From the NCBI GenBank assembly GCA_001818155.1, contig MHJU01000017.1, forward strand, positions 1 through 63,475: DNA of 63,475 nucleotides, in the 5' to 3' direction. Origin of the DNA: Candidatus Jacksonbacteria bacterium RIFCSPLOWO2_02_FULL_44_20 (lineage in GTDB: Bacteria > Patescibacteriota > Patescibacteriia > UBA9629). A program made the translations under genes and the position numbers. Each line of letters starts with the position of its first letter. Position 1 is the first letter of the stretch. The notes under the pieces are model-generated. The model saw nothing but the letters and a program-made list of their open reading frames with translations. It was not told where the DNA came from and did not search any database. Shown in pieces: positions 10,013 through 19,508 of this stretch.

Positions 10013-10102
10013 TGGCGGAAGGGGTGGGATTCGAACCCACGTCCCGATTGCTCGGAAACGGCTTTTCGAGAGCCGCGCCTTCAACCGCTCGGCCACCCTT
10101 CC
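10013..10102 (-). tRNA. tRNA-Ser(CGA)
   Basis: Reverse complement GGAAGGGTGGCCGAGCGG...CGGCT-CT-CGA-AA-AGCCG, long variable arm, GTTCGAATC, ends CCTTCCGCCA. Confidence 0.95.
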
Positions 10103-10139
10103 ATTTCAATGAAAAACATACCGCTAAAGCATTAAAAAA

Positions 10140-12287
10140 TCAACGCTCCACGCGCAAAGTTCCCTCCCAAAAATCCTTGCCGTTTAAGTTTATAATCTCT
10201 TTTTTGTCAGTCATAAACAAAGAGAGGCGATATGTATGCGCGGCAAGAAGAGCGCGATCGGTTTTGAGAGTGAAACGAAAGACAGCAGTCTCGCCGGGGA
10301 GGATCGCGTCTTTTTTCGGATCCAAAGATACAGAGGCGGTTTCTATATCCAGCCAATCAGAAGCATCGTAAAACGGGCTTGCGCCGCCTTCGCTAGTTGA
10401 AACTTTCAAACCGGTTTTTCGCCTGATCCATGGTTTTGATCCATCGTTTTTAATCCGCACTTCAACTTTAACAGGCGTTTTCCCTTGTTTAATTTTTGAC
10501 GGAATCGTGTGCGAGACGATGCGCGCCTTGTAATCCGGTTCTTTTACAAAAACTCGCGTCTGATACAGCCCGCCTTTTACTTCAGAGCCGTCTTTTGTAT
10601 ACAATTGAAAAGTCAGGGTCGCGTCTCCTTTAGTTTCTAAAATTAAAGGCACGGCAAAGGTATGCGCGACGTCTTTGGGCACTATGTCGTTATTCTCTTT
10701 CCGAGTTTGCGTTTCTTTGATAAGCAGATACACATCGCCTTTTCCCCACTGCGCATCGCTTTTATTCTTAAAACGAACGGGAACAACAAAACTCGCTCCG
10801 GAAATGACTGATTGCGGAGATTCAGCGTTCACCCATAATGCGCGCGGAGTTGTCGCGACAACAGGTAGAGTTATAGGAACGATCTTACCGTTTCGCTCAT
10901 ATGATCCGGTTGCAATCGTCTCTCCTATCTTATGAAGCGCAATAACCTCCGTAGAAACTTCAACTACATCTGAAAGTTTTTGCTCGCCAAAAAGCGCGAT
11001 AAAATCCTGAACGCTTGCGATTGGCCGCAGAATGCCGCGCGATACGATGTAAAACACTCCTTCGCGCGACTTGATGAATTTTCCCTCATTGATTTTTTGC
11101 GGCGTTCCGGCGTAATATCGCGCGAGCTCCTCGCGAGTAATGTCGCCCGGCGCGAGGTTCGGATAATTTAACGCCGTGATCTCGGAATGCACCGGGTACT
11201 TAAATCCGTTTTGAATAAAATAAAACTCGCCATTTGTCGCTTTCACTAGCGCTCCTTGCGGATAGACCTCGTCTTTTGTAATTTGAACCGCGGGCGGATA
11301 CGAAGAGAGTTCATTTGAATTTACGGTTTCCACTTCTTCAGGATTAAATCCGAGAAGGCGGAATGTTTCATCGCCATCAATTTTTCTTTTGCGGCCGTTA
11401 ACGAGAAGGTACCGTTCACCAGTTTCATCCTGCACAAGAGAATAGTTTGAAAATTTAATTTCATGGCCGTCCGGATATTCTTCTAAAACTGCGCCTGAAA
11501 TCGTTATCGCGTCCCGGCTGTCTCGCTCCGAGAAAAATACAGAGGAAGAGCCGTACCGCCGTTTCGCGCCTCCGTCAATCAGCCAATACGAATTCCCGTC
11601 AGTCAAAACCGAGCCGTCCGGATACAAAAGCGATCCCCAGTACTGGTCCCAGAGTTTTGCGAAAAAATAGTTGCCGCCGATGTTATTGCCGGCGCCTCCG
11701 CGATACGGCGTATAATTATACAAGTTTGCGGTTGCCTGATTTACAGGCGTGATCGTAAAACCGTCTTGTGTCTTGAATATCTGCCCTTTCGCCCGGATAC
11801 CGCCTCTGCCTGCTTTGCGGATATAATCATTTTGGACACTGGCAAGAGCCTCAACCTGACGCGCAAACCCCTTGTATTTTTGAATTTTCGGATCTTTAAT
11901 ATTGCATCCGTCGCATACTCCAAACCCGGCGGCAAAATCAAGGGCTTTTTGAAGTTTCACAGGATCTTTATGATAACTACATCCGCGCACCAGGCATTGC
12001 TCATGATCAAGTTTTGTTAAAATAAACTTCGGGCTGATGCCGTTTACTTGCGCGGCGGTATGTATAATTTCAGCCGCGTTTTTTAGAACTCCGTCAACTG
12101 TATCGGAATAATTTTTGAGCGCGCTCTCATGTTTCTCTAAAAATGACTGTATCGCGCTTAGCGACATTGAATCTTTGTCTTTGAGCTCAAAATCGGTGAT
12201 GATGTTGTCGGGATTGAATGTAAAGGCGCGCGCGGAAAATACCGGAACAAAAATTAAAAAAAGAAAAAATACTATAAATCGTTTCAT
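10140..12287 (-). CDS. Secreted multidomain surface protein: putative lysozyme-like N-domain, four repeats, two Ig-like (NBR1-type) domains
   Basis: Likely start MKRFIV at 12287 with signal peptide; 'GISPKFILTKLDHEQ...ATANLYNYTP'; repeats 'Y.I..G.KR'; 'V.FKN.....W' Ig-like motifs. Confidence 0.65.
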   Translation of the reverse strand: MKRFIVFFLFLIFVPVFSARAFTFNPDNIITDFELKDKDSMSLSAIQSFLEKHESALKNYSDTVDGVLKNAAEIIHTAAQVNGISPKFILTKLDHEQCLVRGCSYHKDPVKLQKALDFAAGFGVCDGCNIKDPKIQKYKGFARQVEALASVQNDYIRKAGRGGIRAKGQIFKTQDGFTITPVNQATANLYNYTPYRGGAGNNIGGNYFFAKLWDQYWGSLLYPDGSVLTDGNSYWLIDGGAKRRYGSSSVFFSERDSRDAITISGAVLEEYPDGHEIKFSNYSLVQDETGERYLLVNGRKRKIDGDETFRLLGFNPEEVETVNSNELSSYPPAVQITKDEVYPQGALVKATNGEFYFIQNGFKYPVHSEITALNYPNLAPGDITREELARYYAGTPQKINEGKFIKSREGVFYIVSRGILRPIASVQDFIALFGEQKLSDVVEVSTEVIALHKIGETIATGSYERNGKIVPITLPVVATTPRALWVNAESPQSVISGASFVVPVRFKNKSDAQWGKGDVYLLIKETQTRKENNDIVPKDVAHTFAVPLILETKGDATLTFQLYTKDGSEVKGGLYQTRVFVKEPDYKARIVSHTIPSKIKQGKTPVKVEVRIKNDGSKPWIRRKTGLKVSTSEGGASPFYDASDWLDIETASVSLDPKKDAILPGETAVFRFTLKTDRALLAAHTYRLSLFMTDKKEIINLNGKDFWEGTLRVER

Positions 12288-12298
12288 AAAAAATAATC

Positions 12299-13735
12299 TC
12301 AAAACCTCATCACTTCTCTCACTGTCTCCTTCTTCACTCCTCCGATTGCGTATAAAATTCCTCCGTATAAAACTAATGAAAGCGGGAGGGCGATGAAAAG
12401 CGAAGCGTTGTGGAACACCCCGTTTGCGGGGCGGATAAAGTAGAGAGCGCCTGCCATTAGTATAGCAGAGATGATGGACTTCACCAACACGGAAACGCGC
12501 GGGACAAAATGAGTTTTTTTCCATACGACAACAAACGCCGCGGAAAACATGACTACCTCTCCTAATGCGGTGAGCCATGCGGCGGCAAAGTAGGAATAGC
12601 GCGGAATAAGCGCGATGTTAAGAACGATCATAAAGGCCGCCAAAATCGCGTAGTATTTTATCATTGTTTTTTGCGAGGAAACTGTGATAACTGTATGGGC
12701 AAAAATGGAGCCGATAAACATCATATACACTCCGATCATTAAAATAGAGAGCACCGGCGCTGACGGAAGAAACTCGCTTCCGCCCAAAAGAAGCACGATT
12801 GATTTTGCAAGAACCGGGGTGCCAAAAATGAGAGGCGCGCTCATAATAGCAAGCGCGTCAAACCCGCTTTGCATGTGAAAACGAAATGCCTCCTTACTTC
12901 CGCGTCCGTACGCGTCGTTCAAAATGGGAAAGAGAAGCCCCATAAATACGAGCGGCAAAGTAACGAGCGTTTCTATAATTCTATAAGGCATGCCGTAAAT
13001 GCCGACCTCGTAATCGGACACGTACCACGAAAGGATAATTGAATCTGCCTTAAAGTAGAGAAGATGAAACCAGATGCACACGGCAACCGGCCATGTGCGC
13101 GAGAGCACGCCTATAATGTATGAGGCGTCAACGCGCCATGTGAAGTCAATATATTTTCGCGCCAAAAGCCATGAGAGAAAAAATTGAGCGCAATTGCCGG
13201 CGACAACAGTGATGGTGAGCGGCACAAGCCCGACCTGAAAGCGCATCATGAGGATTGTCGCAAGAAGAAGAACGCCTCGTCCGATGATCTCGGAGAGGGC
13301 AGAGCGGGAGGAGACAAGATGTTTTTGAAAAACCGTCTGAAAAATCTGCGAAAGCCAGATAAATATATTGGAAAACGACATCAAAAATATCCCGAGCCGT
13401 ATCGCGGATTCGTACGGAGCGACGAGCGCAACCGCCGCCATGATAAGAAGATACATCGCGTTTAAGTACATCCTGAACATGAAATGCTGGCTTAGAACGT
13501 GATTTGATTCGCGCTTCGGGTGCGAAATGTCGTTTAAGACGATTAAGTATAGCCCAAGGTCGCCGATAATGCCTGAAAGCTGAACTATCGTGAGGATAAT
13601 GTGAAACTTGCCGTACTCGGAGGGTCCGAGGTATCGGAAAAGAAGCGTTGAGGCAAAGAGAGCAAGCACAGTGCCGACTGCCTTTCCGATAAATTGAATG
13701 AGCGTGTTGTGGGCAAGCGCGCGCGTGGTGGACAT
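12299..13735 (-). CDS. Oligosaccharide flippase (Wzx/MATE-like)
   Basis: Many TM helices; 'RYLGPSEYG', 'DLGL', 'YFKADSIILS..EVGIYG'. Confidence 0.88.
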   Translation of the reverse strand: MSTTRALAHNTLIQFIGKAVGTVLALFASTLLFRYLGPSEYGKFHIILTIVQLSGIIGDLGLYLIVLNDISHPKRESNHVLSQHFMFRMYLNAMYLLIMAAVALVAPYESAIRLGIFLMSFSNIFIWLSQIFQTVFQKHLVSSRSALSEIIGRGVLLLATILMMRFQVGLVPLTITVVAGNCAQFFLSWLLARKYIDFTWRVDASYIIGVLSRTWPVAVCIWFHLLYFKADSIILSWYVSDYEVGIYGMPYRIIETLVTLPLVFMGLLFPILNDAYGRGSKEAFRFHMQSGFDALAIMSAPLIFGTPVLAKSIVLLLGGSEFLPSAPVLSILMIGVYMMFIGSIFAHTVITVSSQKTMIKYYAILAAFMIVLNIALIPRYSYFAAAWLTALGEVVMFSAAFVVVWKKTHFVPRVSVLVKSIISAILMAGALYFIRPANGVFHNASLFIALPLSLVLYGGILYAIGGVKKETVREVMRF

Positions 13736-13892
13736 AAGTTTTGCAAAGAATCATAGGATAAAAGCGCAGAGTTCGCAACTTTTGTCCGATGTGGTATCAT
13801 GCATGGCTGTAGAATAAAATGAGTATAAAATTATATTTCTGTTTGACAGTTCGCTAGTTAACAAGTGAATTTTCAGACGGAATTGTTCAACT

Positions 13893-15170
13893 ATGTCAAA
13901 AGCGTTAATTCTAGCAATCGTTTTTGTGGCGATCGCCGTTATACTGAACGCCGGGTATCAATACCGAAAACCTGCCGAGAATAAAAAAACCGCCGACTCT
14001 TCCGTCTTCCAAAGCGCAAACGGCAAAGCATATAACGCGGGATTGAAAATCTTTGATTTCCCTTATGTGAATTCCAAAGGGAACAGGGAAAACATAACGA
14101 ACGCGGTTTGGTATCCAACAGAAGAAAAAGCAAAGCCGTACACGTATGAGACGTCGCAATCCTACAAGGGCTCGGTTGCCTTTAATGCGGCGACGATTGC
14201 AAAAGGCGGTCCGTATCCGCTCGTTATTTACGTCCATGGCGGTTTTGCAAGCGGATATTCCGCCGCGTATTTTGGAGAGCATCTTGCCCGCGCCGGCTAC
14301 ATCGTTGCCGCTCCTGATTTTATTGACACATTGCCTCCGTCCTACACCGAGCCGATCGCGTTTTCAACGATTAAGGGAGGCAAAGAGTCGTCTATGACGG
14401 AGGTGTTCGCGGCGGCAAAACAGTGGATTGCGGATATGAACAATGATCGCGAGTTTTTTCTCGCGTACTTGGCGGAGCATCGGCTGAATCATTTCTCGTT
14501 CGTGATTGACAAAATGATTGAAGAGAACAGAAAAAGCGGCGCGTTGTTTTATGGGGCAATCAATGAAAGCGCGATCGGCGCGTTTGGACATTCTGAAGGC
14601 GGCATCACGGTTCTTGGAAAAATCGGAGCGCATCCGACGAGCGCGTTTCGGGACAGCCGCGTGAAAGCCGCGTTAATTTTTTCAGCTCCAGCCGCGCCGT
14701 TTGAACAGACGCTGAACCAGATAGCGGTTCCGATTATGGTAATGGTCGGCGACGACGACCGCGCCGCGCTGGGACCCGACCTCCCGCGCCGCATCATTTA
14801 TAATGAAGCCAGCACGCCAAAATACCACATAGTGGTAAAAGACGCGGACCACTTCACCTTCGGCAATCCTTCGCGGTTGTCTGTTTTCAAAGGCGGCGGC
14901 AAAAAAACCGAAAGCATAAAACGCTACGGCACGGCGTTTTTTAACGTTTATTTAAAAAATGACGCGGCGTCGGAAAACGCGCTTCAAAAAACCGACCCGG
15001 CGTGGGCCTACTATATTAAAGAAGAAAAACTCGGGGATATAAAAGAATGGGGCGTTGAGCCGGAACAGCCAAGCGCAAACGAACCGCCTCTTGGCATCGG
15101 CGGCGGCGAAGCGCGCAACTCAATCCGCGAGCGCATCATGAAAAGGATACTGGAAAAATTTAAGAGATGA
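13893..15170 (+). CDS. Exported alpha/beta hydrolase (dienelactone hydrolase / PAF-AH-like)
   Basis: 'VWYP', 'YPLVIYVHG', nucleophile elbow GHSEGG, 'GDDD', 'ADHFTF'. Confidence 0.85.
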   Translation: MSKALILAIVFVAIAVILNAGYQYRKPAENKKTADSSVFQSANGKAYNAGLKIFDFPYVNSKGNRENITNAVWYPTEEKAKPYTYETSQSYKGSVAFNAATIAKGGPYPLVIYVHGGFASGYSAAYFGEHLARAGYIVAAPDFIDTLPPSYTEPIAFSTIKGGKESSMTEVFAAAKQWIADMNNDREFFLAYLAEHRLNHFSFVIDKMIEENRKSGALFYGAINESAIGAFGHSEGGITVLGKIGAHPTSAFRDSRVKAALIFSAPAAPFEQTLNQIAVPIMVMVGDDDRAALGPDLPRRIIYNEASTPKYHIVVKDADHFTFGNPSRLSVFKGGGKKTESIKRYGTAFFNVYLKNDAASENALQKTDPAWAYYIKEEKLGDIKEWGVEPEQPSANEPPLGIGGGEARNSIRERIMKRILEKFKR

Positions 15171-15252
15171 ATTTTGCCGATATACGTTTTGACACGAGCG
15201 CCGCGGCTGTGATAAAAGAAGGATGAAAAACCGTTTTATAATCACTTCGATG

Positions 15253-15281
15253 TTGACAACCCATTTTATGCGATCTAGGAT
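15253..15281 (+). promoter_or_regulatory. Sigma70-type promoter for the TA-trpEG unit
   Basis: TTGACA-N17-TAGGAT. Confidence 0.6.
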
Positions 15282-15301
15282 GAGATTGAGATAAAAATTT
15301 T

Positions 15302-15514
15302 ATGACTATCATTACAGCGCAAAAAATTAAAAACCAGGTGAAAACAGAACTGGTTGAAGAACTCATCAAACCGCTTCTTCTACATCTCCTCTATGATGCA
15401 AAAGATGATGAAGGAGAATATCGCCCTGAATTTGTTGAAGATGTCTTGCACGCCTTATATGAACCTAGATTAGGAAAATATAGCGCAAAAGAGCTGAATC
15501 AACTGATTGGCTGA
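15302..15514 (+). CDS. Putative antitoxin
   Basis: Small acidic protein directly upstream of a RelE-type toxin; 'DDEGEYRPEFVE' motif. Confidence 0.65.
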   Translation: MTIITAQKIKNQVKTELVEELIKPLLLHLLYDAKDDEGEYRPEFVEDVLHALYEPRLGKYSAKELNQLIG

Positions 15515-15515
15515 T

Positions 15516-15782
15516 ATGTACACACTTTCCCCGACGAGGAGATATGTCGATGCGGCAAAAAAATTCAACGAAAAAACAAAAGAAAAACTGAAGGCACAAC
15601 ACGAACTACTCGCAGAAAATCCTTTTCACCCATCACTGCGTACAAAACCGCTCAAAGGAAAGTTAAGAGGAATATTTTCTTTCCGTATTGGGAGAGACCG
15701 AAGAGGACTTTTTGCGATTAACACGCAAGACAAAATCATAGAACTGTTGCGCCTTGATTGGAGAAGTAGGATTTACCAGTGA
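15516..15782 (+). CDS. RelE/YoeB-superfamily mRNA interferase toxin
   Basis: 'LAENPFHPSLRTKPLKGKLRGIFSFRI..DRR'. Confidence 0.85.
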   Translation: MYTLSPTRRYVDAAKKFNEKTKEKLKAQHELLAENPFHPSLRTKPLKGKLRGIFSFRIGRDRRGLFAINTQDKIIELLRLDWRSRIYQ

Positions 15783-15850
15783 TATTAACTCGTTCTTTTC
15801 TCGCAAAACCCATATATCTGCGACAAAGGACGAGATTTTTATTTCTTCAC

Positions 15851-17200
15851 ATGACCTCGTTGTCCCTCCCGCAAAAACCAACCTATCTACCGTTCCGCGA
15901 TACAACCGATTTTTACGGGCTCTTTCAAAAGATACATGAGCACACTGATATGTGCTTTCTTTTTGAATCCCTCGGGGACGAAAGCGCGCTCTCGCGATAT
16001 TCTATTATAGGATTTTCGCCGGAACATATTCTGCGAGCCAGCGGAAATACTTTGACGACAGACCGAGAGACAACAAAAGTCGCAAACGCATATCACGCCC
16101 TTCGCGAAATAACGCCGCAAAATGTTCTCTCGCGCGCGTATTGCGGAGGGCTTGTCGGATACTTGGGATACGACGCGGTAAACTACTCTGAACCCGCGCT
16201 TAAAATCCGCTCTCATCCGTCATTCCCGACGCTTATTTTTGGCGCCTACACCGACGGGCTTGTTTCTGATAAAATGACCGGCGAAATTTTTTATTTTTTC
16301 TATACTAAAAATCGGCTACAGTTTATAAAACGCATCTCCAGACTCGGACTCAAAAAAACTCGCGTTCGTATCCGCAGTCTTGGAGATACTCTCACAAAAG
16401 AAGCGCACAAAAAACTTGTTCTAGCGGTGAAAGAAGAGATCGTCTCCGGCAATACCTTTCAGTGTGAAATCGGATTCAAGACAGAATATGAAATCCGCGG
16501 CTCTCCACTTCCCATCTATACGGCTCTTCGGGAGGTGAACCCATCGCCATACATGTTTTATCTGAAATACGATGACGTCGCTCTCCTTGGCGCAAGTCCG
16601 GAACTCCTTTTTAGATTGGGTGATCGGGAAATGGAAACGTTTCCGCTTGCCGGCACAATTCGCCGCGGCAAAAACGCGAAGCAGGACATCGCGCTCGCTC
16701 GCATTCTCTTAAATGACCAAAAAGAAATCGCGGAACACAATATGTTGGTTGATCTCCACAGAAACGATCTTGGCCGCGTTGCCGAGTTTGGCACAGTGAA
16801 AGTGCGGCGCTTGATGGACATCAAAAAATTCAGCCACGTTCAGCATATTTCAAGCGAAATCGCTGGCATTATGAGACGCGGCGAGGACATGTTCTCCGGA
16901 CTTGCGGCGAACTTTCCCGCAGGCACGCTCTCCGGCGCGCCTAAGTTTGAATCCATGAAAATTATTGATCGGCTGGAAAACGCGCCGCGCGGGCCTTACG
17001 GAGGCGCTGTCGGGCACTTTGGCTTTAACGGCAATTGCACGTTTACAATTCCTATACGATCTTTTTTTGTCTCGGGCTCGTATGGGTATACGCAAAATGC
17101 GAGCGGAATCGTGCATGATTCGTCTCCGGAGCAAGAGTATGAAGAAGTGAAACGGAAAGGAGAGGCTATGAATAAAGTATTAAATGAATTCAAAACTTAA
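15851..17200 (+). CDS. trpE: Anthranilate synthase component I
   Basis: 'FLFES', 'NPSPYMF', 'GASPE', 'PLAGT', 'EHNMLVDL', 'FPAGTLSGAPK', 'RGPYGG'; clustered with trpG/D/C. Confidence 0.9.
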   Translation: MTSLSLPQKPTYLPFRDTTDFYGLFQKIHEHTDMCFLFESLGDESALSRYSIIGFSPEHILRASGNTLTTDRETTKVANAYHALREITPQNVLSRAYCGGLVGYLGYDAVNYSEPALKIRSHPSFPTLIFGAYTDGLVSDKMTGEIFYFFYTKNRLQFIKRISRLGLKKTRVRIRSLGDTLTKEAHKKLVLAVKEEIVSGNTFQCEIGFKTEYEIRGSPLPIYTALREVNPSPYMFYLKYDDVALLGASPELLFRLGDREMETFPLAGTIRRGKNAKQDIALARILLNDQKEIAEHNMLVDLHRNDLGRVAEFGTVKVRRLMDIKKFSHVQHISSEIAGIMRRGEDMFSGLAANFPAGTLSGAPKFESMKIIDRLENAPRGPYGGAVGHFGFNGNCTFTIPIRSFFVSGSYGYTQNASGIVHDSSPEQEYEEVKRKGEAMNKVLNEFKT

Positions 17201-17201
17201 T

Positions 17202-17819
17202 ATGAAAATTCTCATTTTAGACAATTACGACTCTTTCACATACAACCTGTATCAGTATGTCGGCGAAATTTTGGCGGAACGCGGTTCGGTATTCGCGCTT
17301 GAGGTAAAACGAAACGACGAAACGACGCTTGAAGCAATTAAACGCGCGCGTTACGACCGAATCATTATTTCCCCAGGACCAGGCGACCCGGCAGATAAAA
17401 AATACTTTGGCGTGTGCGCCGATGTGTTGCTTGAACTTCCAAAAACAACCCGCATTTTGGGAGTGTGTCTTGGAATGCAGGGCATGGCGCACTATTACGG
17501 AGGAAAAATCGTCCCGGCGCGCGTTCCTATGCACGGCAAAACTAGCGTGATAACACACGACGGAAAAGGCCTGTTCAGAGGGCTTCCAGATCGCCTTCTA
17601 GTAATGCGGTATCATTCGCTTGTCGTTCAACCATCCTCGCTCCCGAAAGACTTTGAAATCACAGCGCGGACGATCCACTCTAATAAAAAAACAGAGCCGG
17701 AAATTATGGGGCTCCGTCATAAAAAATTATTACTGGAAGGCATTCAGTTTCACCCCGAATCGTTTGCGAGCGAAGGAGGAAAGCAGATGCTGAAAAATTT
17801 TTTGACAAATAAAAAATAG
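17202..17819 (+). CDS. trpG: Anthranilate synthase component II (glutamine amidotransferase)
   Basis: 'DNYDSFTYNL', 'ISPGPG', 'GVCLG', 'RYHSL', 'QFHPES'. Confidence 0.92.
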   Translation: MKILILDNYDSFTYNLYQYVGEILAERGSVFALEVKRNDETTLEAIKRARYDRIIISPGPGDPADKKYFGVCADVLLELPKTTRILGVCLGMQGMAHYYGGKIVPARVPMHGKTSVITHDGKGLFRGLPDRLLVMRYHSLVVQPSSLPKDFEITARTIHSNKKTEPEIMGLRHKKLLLEGIQFHPESFASEGGKQMLKNFLTNKK

Positions 17820-17857
17820 AGCCATTTAAGCTCTATGTATGTATGCCGCTTTTCATA

Positions 17858-18118
17858 CTACCGATACCCGCGCCCGCGGTGGAAAAAATCGTAGATATAA
17901 ACGGTTTTTGTTTCGGTGTTCACGGTATATGCGATGCGATACGGATGCATTTTATAGCGGTATCCAATCAGCGGCTTTTCAAGTTTCTTGATTTTTATAT
18001 AGGGTGTAAAAGGATTTTGACGGAATGCTTCAACAACCTTTTCAAAATCTCTGCGTACCTGAATTGGATATTTCAATAATGTTTTTTTAACTGCTTGGTG
18101 TATCTTAATGGTGTACAT
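17858..18118 (-). CDS. RelE/ParE-family toxin
   Basis: 86-aa basic protein 'IKKL...YRY...YRIAY...IYDFFHRGRGY' downstream of a Phd antitoxin. Confidence 0.85.
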   Translation of the reverse strand: MYTIKIHQAVKKTLLKYPIQVRRDFEKVVEAFRQNPFTPYIKIKKLEKPLIGYRYKMHPYRIAYTVNTETKTVYIYDFFHRGRGYR

Positions 18119-18131
18119 ATTTGATTATCAA

Positions 18132-18410
18132 TCACTCATCTTTAAATAACTCTTGTTTCACACTATCCCAATCTTCAAAATCAGATTCACTGCTTTCTTG
18201 TACCAACTTTTCTAACCGTTCCCCAATATAGATATCTTCCAGCTCGTCCATAAGTTCCTCATAGATGTTTGGTTTCAGGACAACGCCAACTGTTCGATTA
18301 CGGCTTAACACCAACGTAGGCTCTGCGTCGTCAAGCTCTTCAAAAATCTGACGCGCCTTCCGTTGAAGGTCGCTAATAGAAACCATTCTTGGTATAGTTC
18401 TAATACTCAT
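18132..18410 (-). CDS. Phd/YefM-family antitoxin
   Basis: 'VSISDLQRKARQIF...PTLVLSRNRTVGVVL...YEEL' with acidic tail; likely start at 18410. Confidence 0.85.
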   Translation of the reverse strand: MSIRTIPRMVSISDLQRKARQIFEELDDAEPTLVLSRNRTVGVVLKPNIYEELMDELEDIYIGERLEKLVQESSESDFEDWDSVKQELFKDE

Positions 18411-18497
18411 ATTATAAAGATCGGCTATGCAAAGACCTCTCCCAAGTATCTGCACGGTTGATCATATTTTTCTTCATATTAAACTATACATTTAAAT

Positions 18498-19508
18498 ATG
18501 TCAAAATTTCTAAAAAAACTAACGGCGCGCCAAAATTTAACCCAAAAAGAGGCGACGATGCTTATGCGCGAGCTTGTGTCAGAAAAATTATCTGATGTTT
18601 CAAAATCCGCGCTCCTTACCGCTCTTGCTATGAAAGGCGAAACCATTGAAGAAATTACCGGAACGGCAGAAGCGATGCGGAAGCTCTCGGTTAAAATTCA
18701 TGTGAAAAATCCTCTGCTTGACACCTGCGGCACGGGCGGCTCTGGTTTACAACGCCTTAATGTATCCACCGCATCCGCGTTTATCCTTGCCGCTTGCGGA
18801 GTGCGCGTGGCAAAACACGGCAACCGAGCGGCTTCCGGGAGAGTCGGGAGTTTTGATGTCTTAGAATCGCTCGGCGCAAAAATAGAGCTAAATCCAAAGC
18901 AAGTAGCGCAAACAATTAAACAAACCGGCCTTGGTTTTATATTTGCGCCTTTGTATCACCCTGCAATGAAAAACATAATGCCGGTCCGAAAAGAGCTTGG
19001 CATAAAAACTATTTTTAACATCCTCGGGCCCCTGACAAATCCGGCCGGAGCGAGGTGTCAGGTGCTTGGAGTATCGGAAAAGCGGCTTGGGCCGATGATG
19101 ATTTCGGTTCTGAAAAAATTGGGAGCGGTGCGAGCGCTCGTAGTTTATGGAGAAGACGGCTTGGACGAAATAACCATAACCGCGCCAACAAAAATTTGGG
19201 AACTCAAGAACAAAGCCATTCGTTTCTACTCCATTACCCCGGAACAGTTCGGCATAAAACGCGCGCCCTTTTCAAAAATTAAAGGCGACGATGCCACATA
19301 CAATGCGCGCGCGATCAGCGGCGTATTTGACGGAAATATCATTGACGCGCGGCGCGACATCATTCTCTTAAACGCCGCGGCGGGCTTGTATGTATACGGC
19401 GCGGTCGTGTCAATTAAAAAAGGCCTTGCCCTCGCGCGCGAAGCGGTTTCATCAGGAAAAGCGAGAAGCAAACTTGCAGAATATATCATAACAAGCAATG
19501 CGGTATGA
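18498..19508 (+). CDS. trpD: Anthranilate phosphoribosyltransferase
   Basis: 'DTCGTGG', 'NVST', 'KHGNR', 'FNILGPLTNP', 'GLDE'. Confidence 0.95.
   Translation: MSKFLKKLTARQNLTQKEATMLMRELVSEKLSDVSKSALLTALAMKGETIEEITGTAEAMRKLSVKIHVKNPLLDTCGTGGSGLQRLNVSTASAFILAACGVRVAKHGNRAASGRVGSFDVLESLGAKIELNPKQVAQTIKQTGLGFIFAPLYHPAMKNIMPVRKELGIKTIFNILGPLTNPAGARCQVLGVSEKRLGPMMISVLKKLGAVRALVVYGEDGLDEITITAPTKIWELKNKAIRFYSITPEQFGIKRAPFSKIKGDDATYNARAISGVFDGNIIDARRDIILLNAAAGLYVYGAVVSIKKGLALAREAVSSGKARSKLAEYIITSNAV

Noticed and set aside
7800..10013. att-like duplication of the tRNA-Ser 3' end
   Set aside because: No second copy of the tRNA 3' sequence found by eye
9649..10371. 240-aa plus-strand ORF
   Set aside because: Antisense to tRNA-Ser and two real genes; shadow ORF
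12288..12578. N-terminal extension of the 812-aa ORF
   Set aside because: Overlaps the flippase; the signal peptide starts at ATG 12287
15170..15850. Trp leader peptide or T-box before trpE
   Set aside because: No short ORF with tandem Trp codons and no T-box motif seen; the region is occupied by a TA pair
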